NCBI GenBank assembly: GCA_965287045.1 | Contig: OZ336878.1 | Location: 104,222,001 to 104,286,000, forward strand | Direction of reading: 5' to 3' | Length of the DNA stretch: 64,000 nt | From: Carcharhinus amblyrhynchos | Lineage: Eukaryota | Part shown: piece by piece, positions 1 to 12,100 of the stretch | Layout of the letters: every line of letters starts with the position of its first letter | How positions within the stretch are numbered: the first letter of the stretch is position 1 | Program-made: the position numbers and the translations under genes | Notes under the pieces: model-generated | Database searches by the model: none | The model's input: the letters and a program-made list of their open reading frames with translations, nothing else | Told to the model about the DNA's origin: nothing

Positions 1-106
1 TTTAAAACAATTGAAACATAAGCCATAATTAAATGAGGAAATAAGATTCTGAACTAAAGTGAAAATTACAGGAATATATTAGCTTACTGCGCGTTATAAT
101 ATTTAC

Positions 107-133
107 CAGCTTCTTTCTCATTAAGTTTTATTT
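107..133 (-). CDS. 27-nt micro-exon, type A (EIKLNEKEA)
   Basis: ttttcattaacag|AAATAAAACTTAATGAGAAAGAAGCTG|gtaaat; open in phase 1; similar to 10304-10330. Confidence 0.72.
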
Positions 134-3100
134 CTGTTAATGAAAATGATTCCAGAAACATCTATAAATAATGCATCCGTGCTCATGATCGTAACGAAAA
201 CAAAACCAAATAACAAATAAATTGAACCTTGATTACTTGATATCCGGTAAATAAAAATAGTTACCGTATTTTAAGGAAGGTAAATGACAACAGAAATATT
301 TCTTCTGGAGCATTATTTCAAATACTGTTATCTCGGTACCTGCAAGTGAGAGGTTTCGTTCGGAAATACTGAGTTCTGAAAAAAAAAACCGTGGTTATTG
401 AAATGCTTTCCACTTCCAAATGCCTAAATATCCGTCCTTCCTTTATCAAAATTATCCAAGCTCAAAATGATAACTATTTGTTTTCTGTTGCAGCACAAGC
501 AGTTTCTTGGTAGAATACTCAGTGCCGGTATCAAAGTAAGCATTACGGACTAATTATAAACAATTTTGCTCAGGCATAATGCCCCAGTTCCATTGTAATT
601 ATTAAATGATTACATAACGTATTGAACTAATTTGAGGTGTTTGGAAAAAAAACATAAATATATGTTTCTTTTTCTCCTCAGGAAAGGGTCATCGCTACGC
701 GTGCAGCTACCGATAGCCCATGGTTAGGTATTCATTCTGTATCACCTGCAAATTTTCGTCACAACATATTGATGGAAGAGAGCGAATCCTGAGTTCAATG
801 GTAGGGAATCCAATCAGCCAATACTTGAAAAAAAACACGATCGAAGTTCATGATTGATTTTCGCTGATGCCTACTGAAGAGAATTGTTAATATTTCATCA
901 CACTGTTTCAGTCAACATTATTATGAGGTTTTCAGTCGCCTAGAGAACAGACAGTCAAAATATACGGATCTGAAAAAATACAATGCCGTTTCCCTTCTTG
1001 AAGGAGCAGCAATAAATCAGCTACGACTTCAAAATAATCTCGAAACATTTAAATGTATTCTCAGGCACTAGTCGATTATTACAACTTTTGTGTAAAGTAA
1101 TACATTTTCTCATACAAAAGCAGACAATGTTGGATAAGCTCAGGCGGTCTGATAGTATCCATGGAGAGAAACAGAGCTAGTATTTCGAATCTAAATGATC
1201 ATTCTAAAGAACTGAAGAAAGTCACTAACATAAAGGAGTACGTAATTGGAAACAGGGCAAAAGAAGTGGGGCAGAATAGAAGACCGGGTATAGGTCAGGG
1301 TGGAGGAGATGTCATCAAATTTGTTATTGACGTAAAACAAAGTGGAGGTTCAAAGGGGATGTTAGGGGATTTTTAGCGCAGCACACAGGGTGACTGGTAA
1401 TGCCTAAAGTTTAATTGATACAAGACTCACAAGGCAGGTATCGCGGTATAAAAATGTATCTTTATTTCAAGCAGCGGCTGCCAGGAGTTCATCAAATGAT
1501 TAAGTAGATTTGACATATAGCAGCAAAAATTCTCCGATGAATCTGACAGTTAGTATCAGAAACAGATCAATTGCAGCTTTTTCTTATCAACCAGTCCTGC
1601 CGTTCAATAAGTTTAAGTTAATCATCTTCAAGGTGCACAATTCAAAAATAATAGCTGACGAAAACTCTGGCCAATCGCATTCTAATCCTCAACATAACGG
1701 TATTTTACTAAAATCCAGAAGCTGGCACCTATCTTAGCTGACCCCACACCCTGTTTGCTTAATAGCCGCAGACGCCCCGCCCAGAGTTCAAATAAACATT
1801 CTCAGATTCCCTCTAAGGTCATTGTCCCGTCAGACTAACTCATGATACTATGCGTGAGCACCAGTGCATCTCGTCCGAACAGTGAATAAATCCTATCCAT
1901 GAAAGATGATTAAATATTCTCAGCGTTCTTTCCAGCTGAAACTTTACCAGATAAAAATGTCATATTTCCAAATCCCAAATTTTCTCTTGAAATACGGCTT
2001 TGCCACATTGCCATGTACCATGATGCCTTGCAGTAAACTGCCTTTGGCCAAAGCGAATCAATAATAAAACATTTAAAGTATCAGCACATGTGCTTTGCAA
2101 ACATAATCACTCATTTAAATTAATCACGGCATCGCATATGAGTACATTACTCTTGTTACTTATTTTTAAAGTAATTTAATTTAATGCTACCAGTGCCTTA
2201 ACATTTACTGAATTAAAAATCATACCACTCATTCGAAGTTCGACATGCAGGAATGAAGAGCGTCAATTGTTGCAAAAGATGGGCAGCAGAATTTGATATT
2301 GGGAGGAAATGAACAACCGGGGAAGGCAGCTAAGTGGAGGAGGGTAGGGTTGTACTGGGGCAAGTCAGGGAGCTGAAAACAAACTGAAAACAAATCACAA
2401 AACAGGAAAGTTGTCATTATGAAGGGGCAGTTAACTGCCTAAAGATTTTCAACTCATTGTTGAGACCAGAGGGCTTTAACGTGCCTAATCGGAAGATAAC
2501 ATGCTGTTCTTCCAGTTTGCGTTGAGCATCACTGGAGAATTGCAGCATGCCTACGAAAGACTAAAGGCACCACGGCGGCACGGAATAGCACTGCTGTCTC
2601 ACAGCATCTGGTACCTGGGTTCGATTCCTGGCTTGGGTTATTTACATGTGCCTGCATTGCTTTCCTCCGGGTGATCCGGTTTCCTCCCTCAGACATGCTG
2701 GCTGAATTTGTTGGCTTCTTTAAATTCTCTCTCAGTGTAACCAAGCCGGCAATGGACTGTGGCGACTAGCGGATTTTCACAGTACCTTCTTTGAACTCTT
2801 AATGTAAACCTACTTGTGCTACTAATCAATAAATAAGCGTTAATTGGGCTTGTGGGCTTGATAGCAAGATATTGTTGTTCGTCCATCGTCATTGATGACG
2901 ACCTTGACACCATTAGTCATTTTGAGGCTGGATGCGGTGTGTCCGAAAACGACTGGCCAGACCAATTGGGGCACGGAATTTCCTGGCACATATTGGTCAG
3001 ACTTGTGTAGACACTGTAGTTGTTGCGCTGTTGGTTTTGGACTTGCGCAGCTCGCACTTAAGTTGCTCTTAGGCAAAGCAACTTGCTTCGTAAGCTTGAC

Positions 3101-6100
3101 AGCCCTTGTTAACGAGGCAGCGTCAGGTAGGGAGGTTTTGTGCCAGCGTTTCCCAGGTGGTCGTGTCTATGTCCAGCGACTTCAGGGTGGCCTTGAGTGT
3201 GTCTTTGAAACGTTTCTTCTGCCCTTCATGCGAGCGTCTTCCAGCAAAGTACAGAGTCGAAGTATAGCGACTGGAGGTTTGAGGTCTTCTTGAGGGTGGA
3301 GCAAAACCATCACTCAGATTATATTTAGTCCCACCAATGGAGGAGAGACGATAATGAATGCGGCAAGTACGGAAGACCAATTTGAAGGATGTGCAAGTGA
3401 AATGCTGCTTCACCAGGAAGGAATATTTTCGTCGTTGAATATTGAGGAGGGAGACGTTAAATATATAGGTATTGCGCCTATTGCAATTGCAGGGGAAAGT
3501 GTTGTGTTAAGGGAGTGGAGCATTCCCAATGGCGGAGTGGACCAGGTTGTCAAGGGGGGAAAGGTTCCTTTGGAGTATTGACTGGGAGGTAGTGGTGGTG
3601 ACAGGGGAGGGGGGCGGGAGGGGGGGGGTGCTGGTGGTGGTGGGGGACGAACATGGTAGTAGTTGGGGGATGTGGGAGAAGGGGTGGGGGTGGGGGTGGG
3701 TGAGGGTAGCCGGCGGGGATAAGTGCAAAATATGATTTTTGGTGGCAACATACTGGTTTTCTCAGAAATGGCGGGGGAGTGCACCTGCTGTGTTACATCA
3801 GCGTTTTTTAATTTTTAGATTTCCAGTATCCGCAGCATTTTGCTTTTATAATGTTGCTGTAAAATGTTTGTCCGCCATTTGTGCTAGATTCTTCCCATAA
3901 CGGCGAGGCGTTGAATACATCTTTCCCAGATGTTTGCATTATATTAAATGCTACATAAACAAGATTCAAGTTCCGATTTGGGGAAATCAGTTTTCAACAG
4001 TAATAGAAACGGTTATGTAAAGTGACACATTTTCAAACGTTTACCGTTTTCTTTGTCTTTCAGAAGTTTTTCTGTTGAGGAAAAGATGCAAACGGTAGAA
4101 GTTCTCACGAGTATCACTGCTTCATGAACATTAATAAAATTAATGAAATGATGCTGCTTTTGGCGGAACGTTTTGTATTAGTTGGAATGCAGTACCATTG
4201 CGTTGCATCCGGCCTTCCTTCTTCTCGTATACGTGTGAACTTGCCTGGGTTGGAGAACATCGAAACTAACCAATGCATTCATTCAGGACTATATCATTCT
4301 GGCCTTCGAGTGAAACGGAGTTATGGTAGAAAATTGTAATGAACATTTCGAATGCTTGGAGGAGAACAACAATGTTCATGAATGTGTGCTTCGCTGAAAT
4401 GCCTGCATTTGCTTTGTCCATCCCCATTTACCACAGAGAATTTCGTGGAATGGTACATTCTAGAATAAAAAAAGAACAGCTAGCAAGAATACTTCGGAAG
4501 GGCAGTGAATGGTTAACCGCTCTTCTGTTCATCTCGAGATACACATAAAAGGGACCATTCCTAAACCAAATGCTGTTTTTACAAAACTCCTGCAGTTTCA
4601 TCGTCCTCGCTGCTCAAGTGAATTTAATTTGCTCCAGCTGCCATCTTGACATTTAAAAATCTAGACCAGAGTCATTAATCAAAGCCTTTGGATTTCCAGA
4701 TGAGTAACTTAACCATTCTGATACAGCAGTGCTAATGCACTACTAAATGGATTTGCCACATATGCACTCACCACTGTCCACAAGACTTCGCTTTGTATTT
4801 TCATATTCTGAAATAAATCGAAACGAAAGATAAGACCAAAAGAACTAAGAGCAGAATTAGGCCATGTGGCCCGTCAAGCCTGCTCCGCCATTCAATAAAT
4901 TCATGGCTGACCTTTTCGTGGACTCAACTCCTCTTACGCGTCCGCTCAAAATAATGCTTAGTTCCATCACTGTTCAAAAATCTATCTGTATTTGCCTGAA
5001 AAACTTTCAACGAAGTAGCTTCAACTGCTTCACTGGGATAAGATTATACATAATCATGTGTGGCGAATTTATATGACGAATTTCCGCCTCAAACCAGTCC
5101 GAAGTCTTCTCCCCCGTAATTTGAGGTTATGTTCCCTGGTTCGATTTTCACACGCCAGTGGAAACAGCCTTCCTACTTTTATCTGATCGATTTCCTTCAT
5201 AATTTTACGTTTCTGTAAGATTCCCTCCTCATTCTTGTAAATTCCAATGAGTATAGTCTCAATCTACTTTGTCTCTCCTCATACGTCAAACCTCTCAATT
5301 CCGGAATCAACGTAGTGAAATCTCTTCTGTATCCCACTTGACTCTTTTACTTTTCCTAAAGAAAATGAAATTATTGCGAAGTGCATGCAATGGCATGCAG
5401 CGACAAAAGTCCGGCACAGGAATTAGCTACTAATATAAGCATTGCGAGAAAGGAAATAGGATTAAAGCGCAAGTATACGTTTGCTTTGGCAATGACAGGA
5501 CTTAGCGCATGTTGCATTACATTCCATTTCCCCCCGTTACCATTCAAAAATAAGCAAATTGGGTGCAATATGTAACAGTTCAGTGAATATTTAGGCCAGA
5601 CAAAATCATCTTGATGCTTCATACCCTCATAATTATGAGGATAATGTAAGTCAAAATTTGCAACGAAACTGAGTTGTGAAATTGCTCCGAACAGTGTACG
5701 AAATAAATTGACACGATTTAGACACAACACTTCCTTCTGAGCGAGATGTGACCGGGCAGCTCTTTGTAAAATTTATGCTCGTGTCGTCTACTTACGTTTG
5801 GATACCTGCTTTTAAAATTCCTATGAACCTTGCAGACATTTCGATATATTCAAAGGATATGTGCACTTTTAATTTGAACCGAATAAAATTTAATGACATT
5901 CTCATTGAAAATTTTAGAAATACGGGTAATAGTCTATTCTGAACTTATTGTGCTTAATAGTTTTCAATAACTTTCTTTTCGATGAAATTATTGACAGATA
6001 CTATTCCTGTTTCAAATCTTGAAGTGATACTTGAAATTAGCAAGCGACACTGCAGCATCTCCACTGGATTTGATGTGTTTATATTGCAAGTCGAGCTGTT

Positions 6101-9100
6101 ATCCATCTGAGAATTCTGGACCTCATTTTAAGTAGAGCTTTGCAAAAACACTTTCTGACAGGGTAATTGGAGCATTTCATTCAAAGCACTGCTGATACAT
6201 CTGACATGAAGTTACGGATAATTTGCAGAAATAAAAGTGCATTCTGCTCAACCTGTGTGGGCTAGTCATGTCCCGATGCGTTTCTTAATACAAGACTTCA
6301 CCTACTACTCTAAATGCCGTTCATTTCCTTACTCTCTATGACAGGTGCGCTATGATATTTATTCATGTCTGCTTTCTCGCTTGGGAGTGAGGTACACCTG
6401 GCATCCAGTTCCCCTGTCAGTGCATTTTTCTGAGAACACTATTGAATTTATTGATGTGTATCATATAGTTCTTGCCCCACATTTCGCTCGTGGAACGTTG
6501 ATTGCTCCCTTTTTGGACTACTTCCTGCCTTATCTTTTCTGACATTTAGAGCTTCAGTCTATTGAGTTGTTTCGGATATTCTTTAATTTCATGTAGCTGA
6601 TATAATCCCTGTAAATCAATTTTCTTTTGCATCTCTCCAGGACATGTGCTTCTTTTTTGCAACGTGGAGCCTAGACTTACACACTTTGCCCCTTATTTGT
6701 GCTCCATGAAAGAAACATAGTCAAAGTTAATACAGTTTCCATGAATTCAAATTCTAACTTTCGATGAATAAACCTTTGTGTTTTATGTTGATGTTTGTTG
6801 CTTAGATGTCTGCGTTTTGTGAATGTGAAACCCTTCGACCCTTTGTCCCTTCAACCGTTTAGAATATGATTGACTGAGGTATTTATGGCCTCCTTACACT
6901 TCGTTACCAGCTCGGATTTATCTGGATCAAAATTTACAAGCGAGTTCTGCCAATCATTTAGCACAGCCATTCATGTTGTGGTGGCATATTCTGTACGAAC
7001 GCTAATACGATTCTGGAATAAAGGAGCAACGTCAACATATCCACGCATTAAATGGTGCCTCGATGGAGGCTTATGAAACATCATTTGTCAGTGTCTTTAA
7101 GGAGGGTCTTCGAGGAGGAAAGTGAACAGCGATTCAAACCGGATTTATGACAGTTAATCTATGTTTTTGTGACTCAACAGCTGAAGGATTTGTGGTCTAA
7201 GGATTGCATTTGGGGTTGCTGCAGGGCCAGAATAAAGGCATAAGATTTTCCTGTGGTGTGTGCATCCTAAGGAGATATCAGAAATAGGGAAAGTGAATAC
7301 TTGAATGAATTACCATGCTCATGGCTGACAGGTGAAATAACTTGGAAAGCACTCTAAAGCAGAAGCAGATGTTCGATATGGAAATGTTCTTGGGGAGTGG
7401 ACCGCAGTTGACCCAAAAGGAGGGCAAATCAAAAATTTACGGAGTCTTACCACTTTACCATTTTGATTCTAAGTGCTGAATCTGGGCGCACTTCAGATCC
7501 GACTTCGAAAGCCGCCCTCAGCGCCCCCACACGCACTTAGCCTGAAAAAAATCGGAGGTCTGAATTGCACTGAGGGCGGGGCTTACCGCGCCCGGAAGGC
7601 TGCAGCTTCGATCGGAGCTTTGAACTGCTCGGGGACTGTCAAACAAAATTGAAAAACGTGCCCCTGTCACGTCACTCCCAGGACGCAAAAAATCGATAAA
7701 GCGGTATGCGACCAAAAAACGAGAGCGATGGCCCTCGCACCCCCACAACCTACGTATGCCACTTATCCATCCATCCCCCCGATACCCAGACCAATCGCGA
7801 CTTTCTGCCCCCTCATTCCCCCCACCATTGCCCGCAGAGTGGCATTGGACCTCCCTGCCCCACACTGATCGTCCGCAGAGTGGCAGCGTTCCCTCCCTGC
7901 GCCGCCCCCCCCCCGCCCTCCCCCACCAGAGATCCATCTGGCCTCCCTCTTCCCTGCCCCCTCCTCAACCAATGATACATCTGACCCGCTTCTCCTTTCT
8001 ACCACGCCACCCCCCCACGCCCCAAGAGAATGGCCGGGCCTCCCTCTTCCTCTCTCCAATCAGAGAAGATCAGGCCTTCCTTCTTGCCCCGCTCGCCTCC
8101 CCCCCATCTCCCCCCATCCCCCCACCAAAGGGCAATCAAGCCTCCCTCCGCCCCTGCCAGAGAATGAGCCGGCCTTCCTCCTCTCTCTCCCTAACCAAAT
8201 GATCTAGCCTTCCTCCATCCCCTCGCCCCGCCTGCCGCTTCCCCCCCCCCCACCAATCTGAGTCAGAGAGCTGTTGGAAGGTCTGAACTTACCTCTTTGG
8301 AAGCTGGAGCGGACTAATCAGCCCTTTGCCGAGCATGCCTGCTTCGCGCCGAATCTGGATGGGCGAACGCGATTGTAAAGGGGGAAATGTTGGTAAAGTT
8401 GAGCCGGTAGCCCATTAATTCAATTTAAATGCATGCATTTCCGGCGCTGCTCCTATCGCGGCCATTTTCGGGCCTTGGTAAAGTGGGCATTTGCGCGGAT
8501 GTGGCCGTGGATCGCGCTAATCGCCTTCATGCCTGACTTTACCAAGTTTTCGTGCCGGAAAACGGGAGTGACCTAATGATACGATCCTGCCCCAAGAAGT
8601 GTTTCAGCAGCAGTTGAACTGAGGAAAAGGCGGAGTCAGGCGTTGTCACGGAAGTGAAACTAAACAATATTCATGATGGCTTGGCTCCTCGGTTCAAGCT
8701 GATCTTTAGGTCGAATGCATCATCACATTTCTGAAATAAGAACATAAGAACATAAGAAATAGGAGCAGGAGTAGGCCATCTAGCCCTTCGAGCCTGCCCC
8801 GCCATTCAATAAGATCATGGCTGATCTGTTGTGGCTCAGTTCCACTTTCCCGCCCTCTCCCCATAACCCTTAATCCCCTCTCTTATCAAGAACCCATCAA
8901 CCTGCTTCTTAAAAATATTTAGCGAGGCAGCCTCCACCACTTCAACGGGCAGAGAATTCCAGAGATTCACCACCCTTTGAGTGAAGAAGTTCCTCCTCAA
9001 CTCCGTTCTAAACCGCCTCCCCTTTATCTTGAGGCTGTGCCCCCTAGTCCTACTGTCTTTTTTGAGCGGGAAGAGTCTCTCCACCTCTATCCTATCCATC

Positions 9101-12100
9101 CCATTCATCATCTTATACGTCTCAATGAGATCTCCCCTCATTCTTCTAAACTCTAACGAGTACAAGCCTAGTTTATTCAGCCTCTCCTCATAGCTCAATC
9201 CCCTCAACTCCGGTATCAGCCTAGTAAACCTCCTCTGCACTCCCTCCAGGGCCAAAATATCCTTGCGCAGGTGACGATTGGAGGCAGGATGATGAAGCTA
9301 CTCTAGGGAATTATCTGGTTAAAAGAAACAAATGAGATAGGAGCCAGGCATCTAAGAAGCATTGGAAGAGGATGGCGCAGTAATCAAATAAACCACCACT
9401 TCAAATTTCTCTCATCATCGATATTGAATTGAATCTTCAATCTCGAGACGAAATTCCTGAAATATCAATGAAGCACTTAAGTGAAAATAAGTTTTCTGTT
9501 CTTAAAGAAAACTCTAAATCTCCATTTATTTAGCTACTCGGCAAGAACAGGTATTGTTCAAATACTCATTTGGGGACCATTTCGAATATGTGGAATTATT
9601 TCACCTGACTTTGATGTTACATTGAGTCATTTTTGTATACAACATGAAAGAAATACTCAATCGATTATACTTTGGACAGATTTGTTAGTTAGGAATTTTG
9701 GCTAATTTCACCAGTTCAATATTTCTCCTTTAATTAACAACCTTCTCCTGAAGGTTGTTAACGATGACACATGATTAACCTACCAACTTGTTAAAGCGCA
9801 GATAGATAATGTTTTCTTGAAGGATGGGGATTGGAAAGTCAGTAACAATGTAAGATAATAGAATAATCCTTCCATTCACAAAGAAAGGGGGTCAACAACT
9901 CATTAAATCATCGAGGTGAAATTTCATATTGGTTTGGAGGTAAATGTAAATGGCCCCATCGTAAATTTAATGCTGAAGAGTTCATATAATTGGGCATTGA
10001 TCATGCCTATAAAGATCTACAAGTGAGATTCAGACTGTTTCCTGCCTCTGCGCATATTGCTTTTCACTCCTCCACACTACTGATCACGAAAACTCTTAAG
10101 TCCTTTCTCTCTGCTTTTTGAATCAAATGGTTGCCCATTTATGCTGATTTGTATCTGTATGAGCGCGCATGTGCTCGAACATGTATCTCATCTAGTTAAC
10201 AGAAACCTCAGCCGTTTCAACACTTGCAATGTGGAAAACGCCATGTCGCCGAGAAAGGATGACAAGACATCTGAAGAAAGGATGCGCCTTTACGCCCTCT
10301 TACCCTTCGCTTTTTCCCTGAGTTGTATTTCTGCGATCAGTAATTAAAACAGCAAAATATTACCTCAGAATATATGTTTCAGACAAACTTAGAACCCTAT
10401 AAATAGTCAGCCAGCCAGAACATATTCAATTATATTTAAAAAAAAGTCCTGGCTGTACGCTTCAAGTCAACGAGTTGCAATCACAGCCATCAGTTGGTGC
10501 CTGCGTATAACCAATAGTGTCTGTTTTAAGTTGAGTTATTTTGCAACTGCAATTTTTTACTTACATATTCACAACTGTAAATGTCAGGATATAAAGGCTC
10601 CTAAAACCGACCAAAGTCGGAAAGTTGATTTAATTTCTTTGTTGTGTAAGATCGGTGATCCACGTGAAATTGCAGCTCATGCTCATTCGTTATATTATTT
10701 TTAGAATGCATCCCCTAATTGTTGATGTTGTAGCTGGAGCTACCAATAATATCGAAGAAATACTTTTCTTCTCCTTGTTGCGACTGATTTTCCCTTTGCA
10801 AAACATCCCGAAGCCCGTCGCTTATGGAAACAATATTTGGTAACAATTCTAATGCCTCTGTTTGTTATAAAAATACTCTTTTATTTCGGAACCATCTCCC
10901 CACAAACAGCAATAAAAAGAATAGCCATTTGCTACTGCGATCCAGTAATCTGGTTTTAGTTGATAATATTCAACTGTCAATCACTTAACGCGATAAATGC
11001 ATTAAAATCAATGATTTATAATTGGCTGTGATGATGTATTAGGCCAAAAGTTTCCAAAATGGTTCCTGAAAGAAGAGCCAACAAGCGTTGAGTGGTCCGC
11101 AAACTGCCTTATTTGAATGCCTCCGTAGTTCTTAATGATAGTACCTAACGTAGACTCGGAAATAATTCCCTATGGTCCTAGACATTCCCACAAGGGGAAA
11201 CACATCTCAGCCTCTGCCCAGTCAAGCATACAGAGAATCCAAACTGCTTCAGTATGGTCGCCTCTCATTCTTCTGAACTACTGCGAGTAGAGGCACAACC
11301 ACACCAACGTCTTCTCATAAGAAAATCCATCCATTCCCGAGATCAACCTGGTGAACCTTCTCTGGACTGTTTCCAATGCATCTTTCCTAAGATAAGGGGT
11401 CGCTTATATGAAAGAAAGTTCAGGGGGATGTTTGTTTTTTGGAGTTTCCTGAGTTTTTGTAACTTTCTTCCTCAAAAGACAGTGGAAGCAGAGTTCGTGA
11501 ATATTTTTGAGACAGAGCGAGACAGATTATTGATTGACAGGAAGGGGGGGGGGCGGGAAATGTTATCGGGAGTTAGCAGGATTAGCAAAGATTTACCCGA
11601 GTGGCAGAGCAGGCTGGAGTATCCAAGTGGCCTACCCTTGCTCCTAATTCATACGTAAGGATAGTTGTAGATACAATATCGCCAATGTCATCGAGGGAAC
11701 ACATGTCAAATTTCTTCCGTTCGACCATTGTCTGATGCAACAACTTTGCTTACAAAGAAGTTTGATGCGGTATTATATGTTACATGCAATACTTAGCCAC
11801 AAACGTATTCCACTTTTTAACGTTAGATCTTTTTCATTGCCTGCTTTCTGATTCTTTGTAATCTTGTCATAGTGCAATTGATCGAAGTTACTTGAGTTCA
11901 TTGTTGCTACCGAATAATTCAGGGAAAAAGAAACAAAGCTCCCAGTTCTGGTTTACTGGATGTTATTCAGCAACTATAAATCGGTTGCCCTCCAATATGA
12001 ATCTCAGTGTTATAATTCTGTGTATAAAGGATACTTGGCTCATTAAGGTCAGGTGCATTTTTTTCAAAATCGACTGCCTGTTTTGATACTTGGGCTAATT

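Larger units (their letters stand above)
1105..3850 (-). mobile_element. Decayed Penelope-like element (GIY-YIG region), fragmented by nested insertions
   Basis: Minus strand gives KQHFTCTSF..IGGTK..L.D.FA (3300-3410) and QRKLEEQHVIFRLGTLKPSGLN (2455-2530), typical of the PLE endonuclease end; related terminal sequence in opposite orientation at 1115-1200 and 3790-3850. Confidence 0.8.

Noticed and set aside
494-4140. Plus-strand exon chain 494-535, 682-727, 4064-4140
   Set aside because: No recognisable product; the pyrimidine tract at 4045-4063 is simply the complement of a purine-rich minus-strand exon
5338-5820. 18-nt (5338-5355) and 15-nt (5806-5820) candidate micro-exons
   Set aside because: Weak donor or acceptor; they would break the clean 10304 to 4772 A/B pairing
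3410-8202. Proline-rich ORFs (3410-3784, 7756-8202)
   Set aside because: Translations of low-complexity C/G runs inside repeats
10565-10600. 36-nt minus-strand segment with strong splice sites
   Set aside because: Two stops in phase 1 and no similarity to type B; could only be a poison exon
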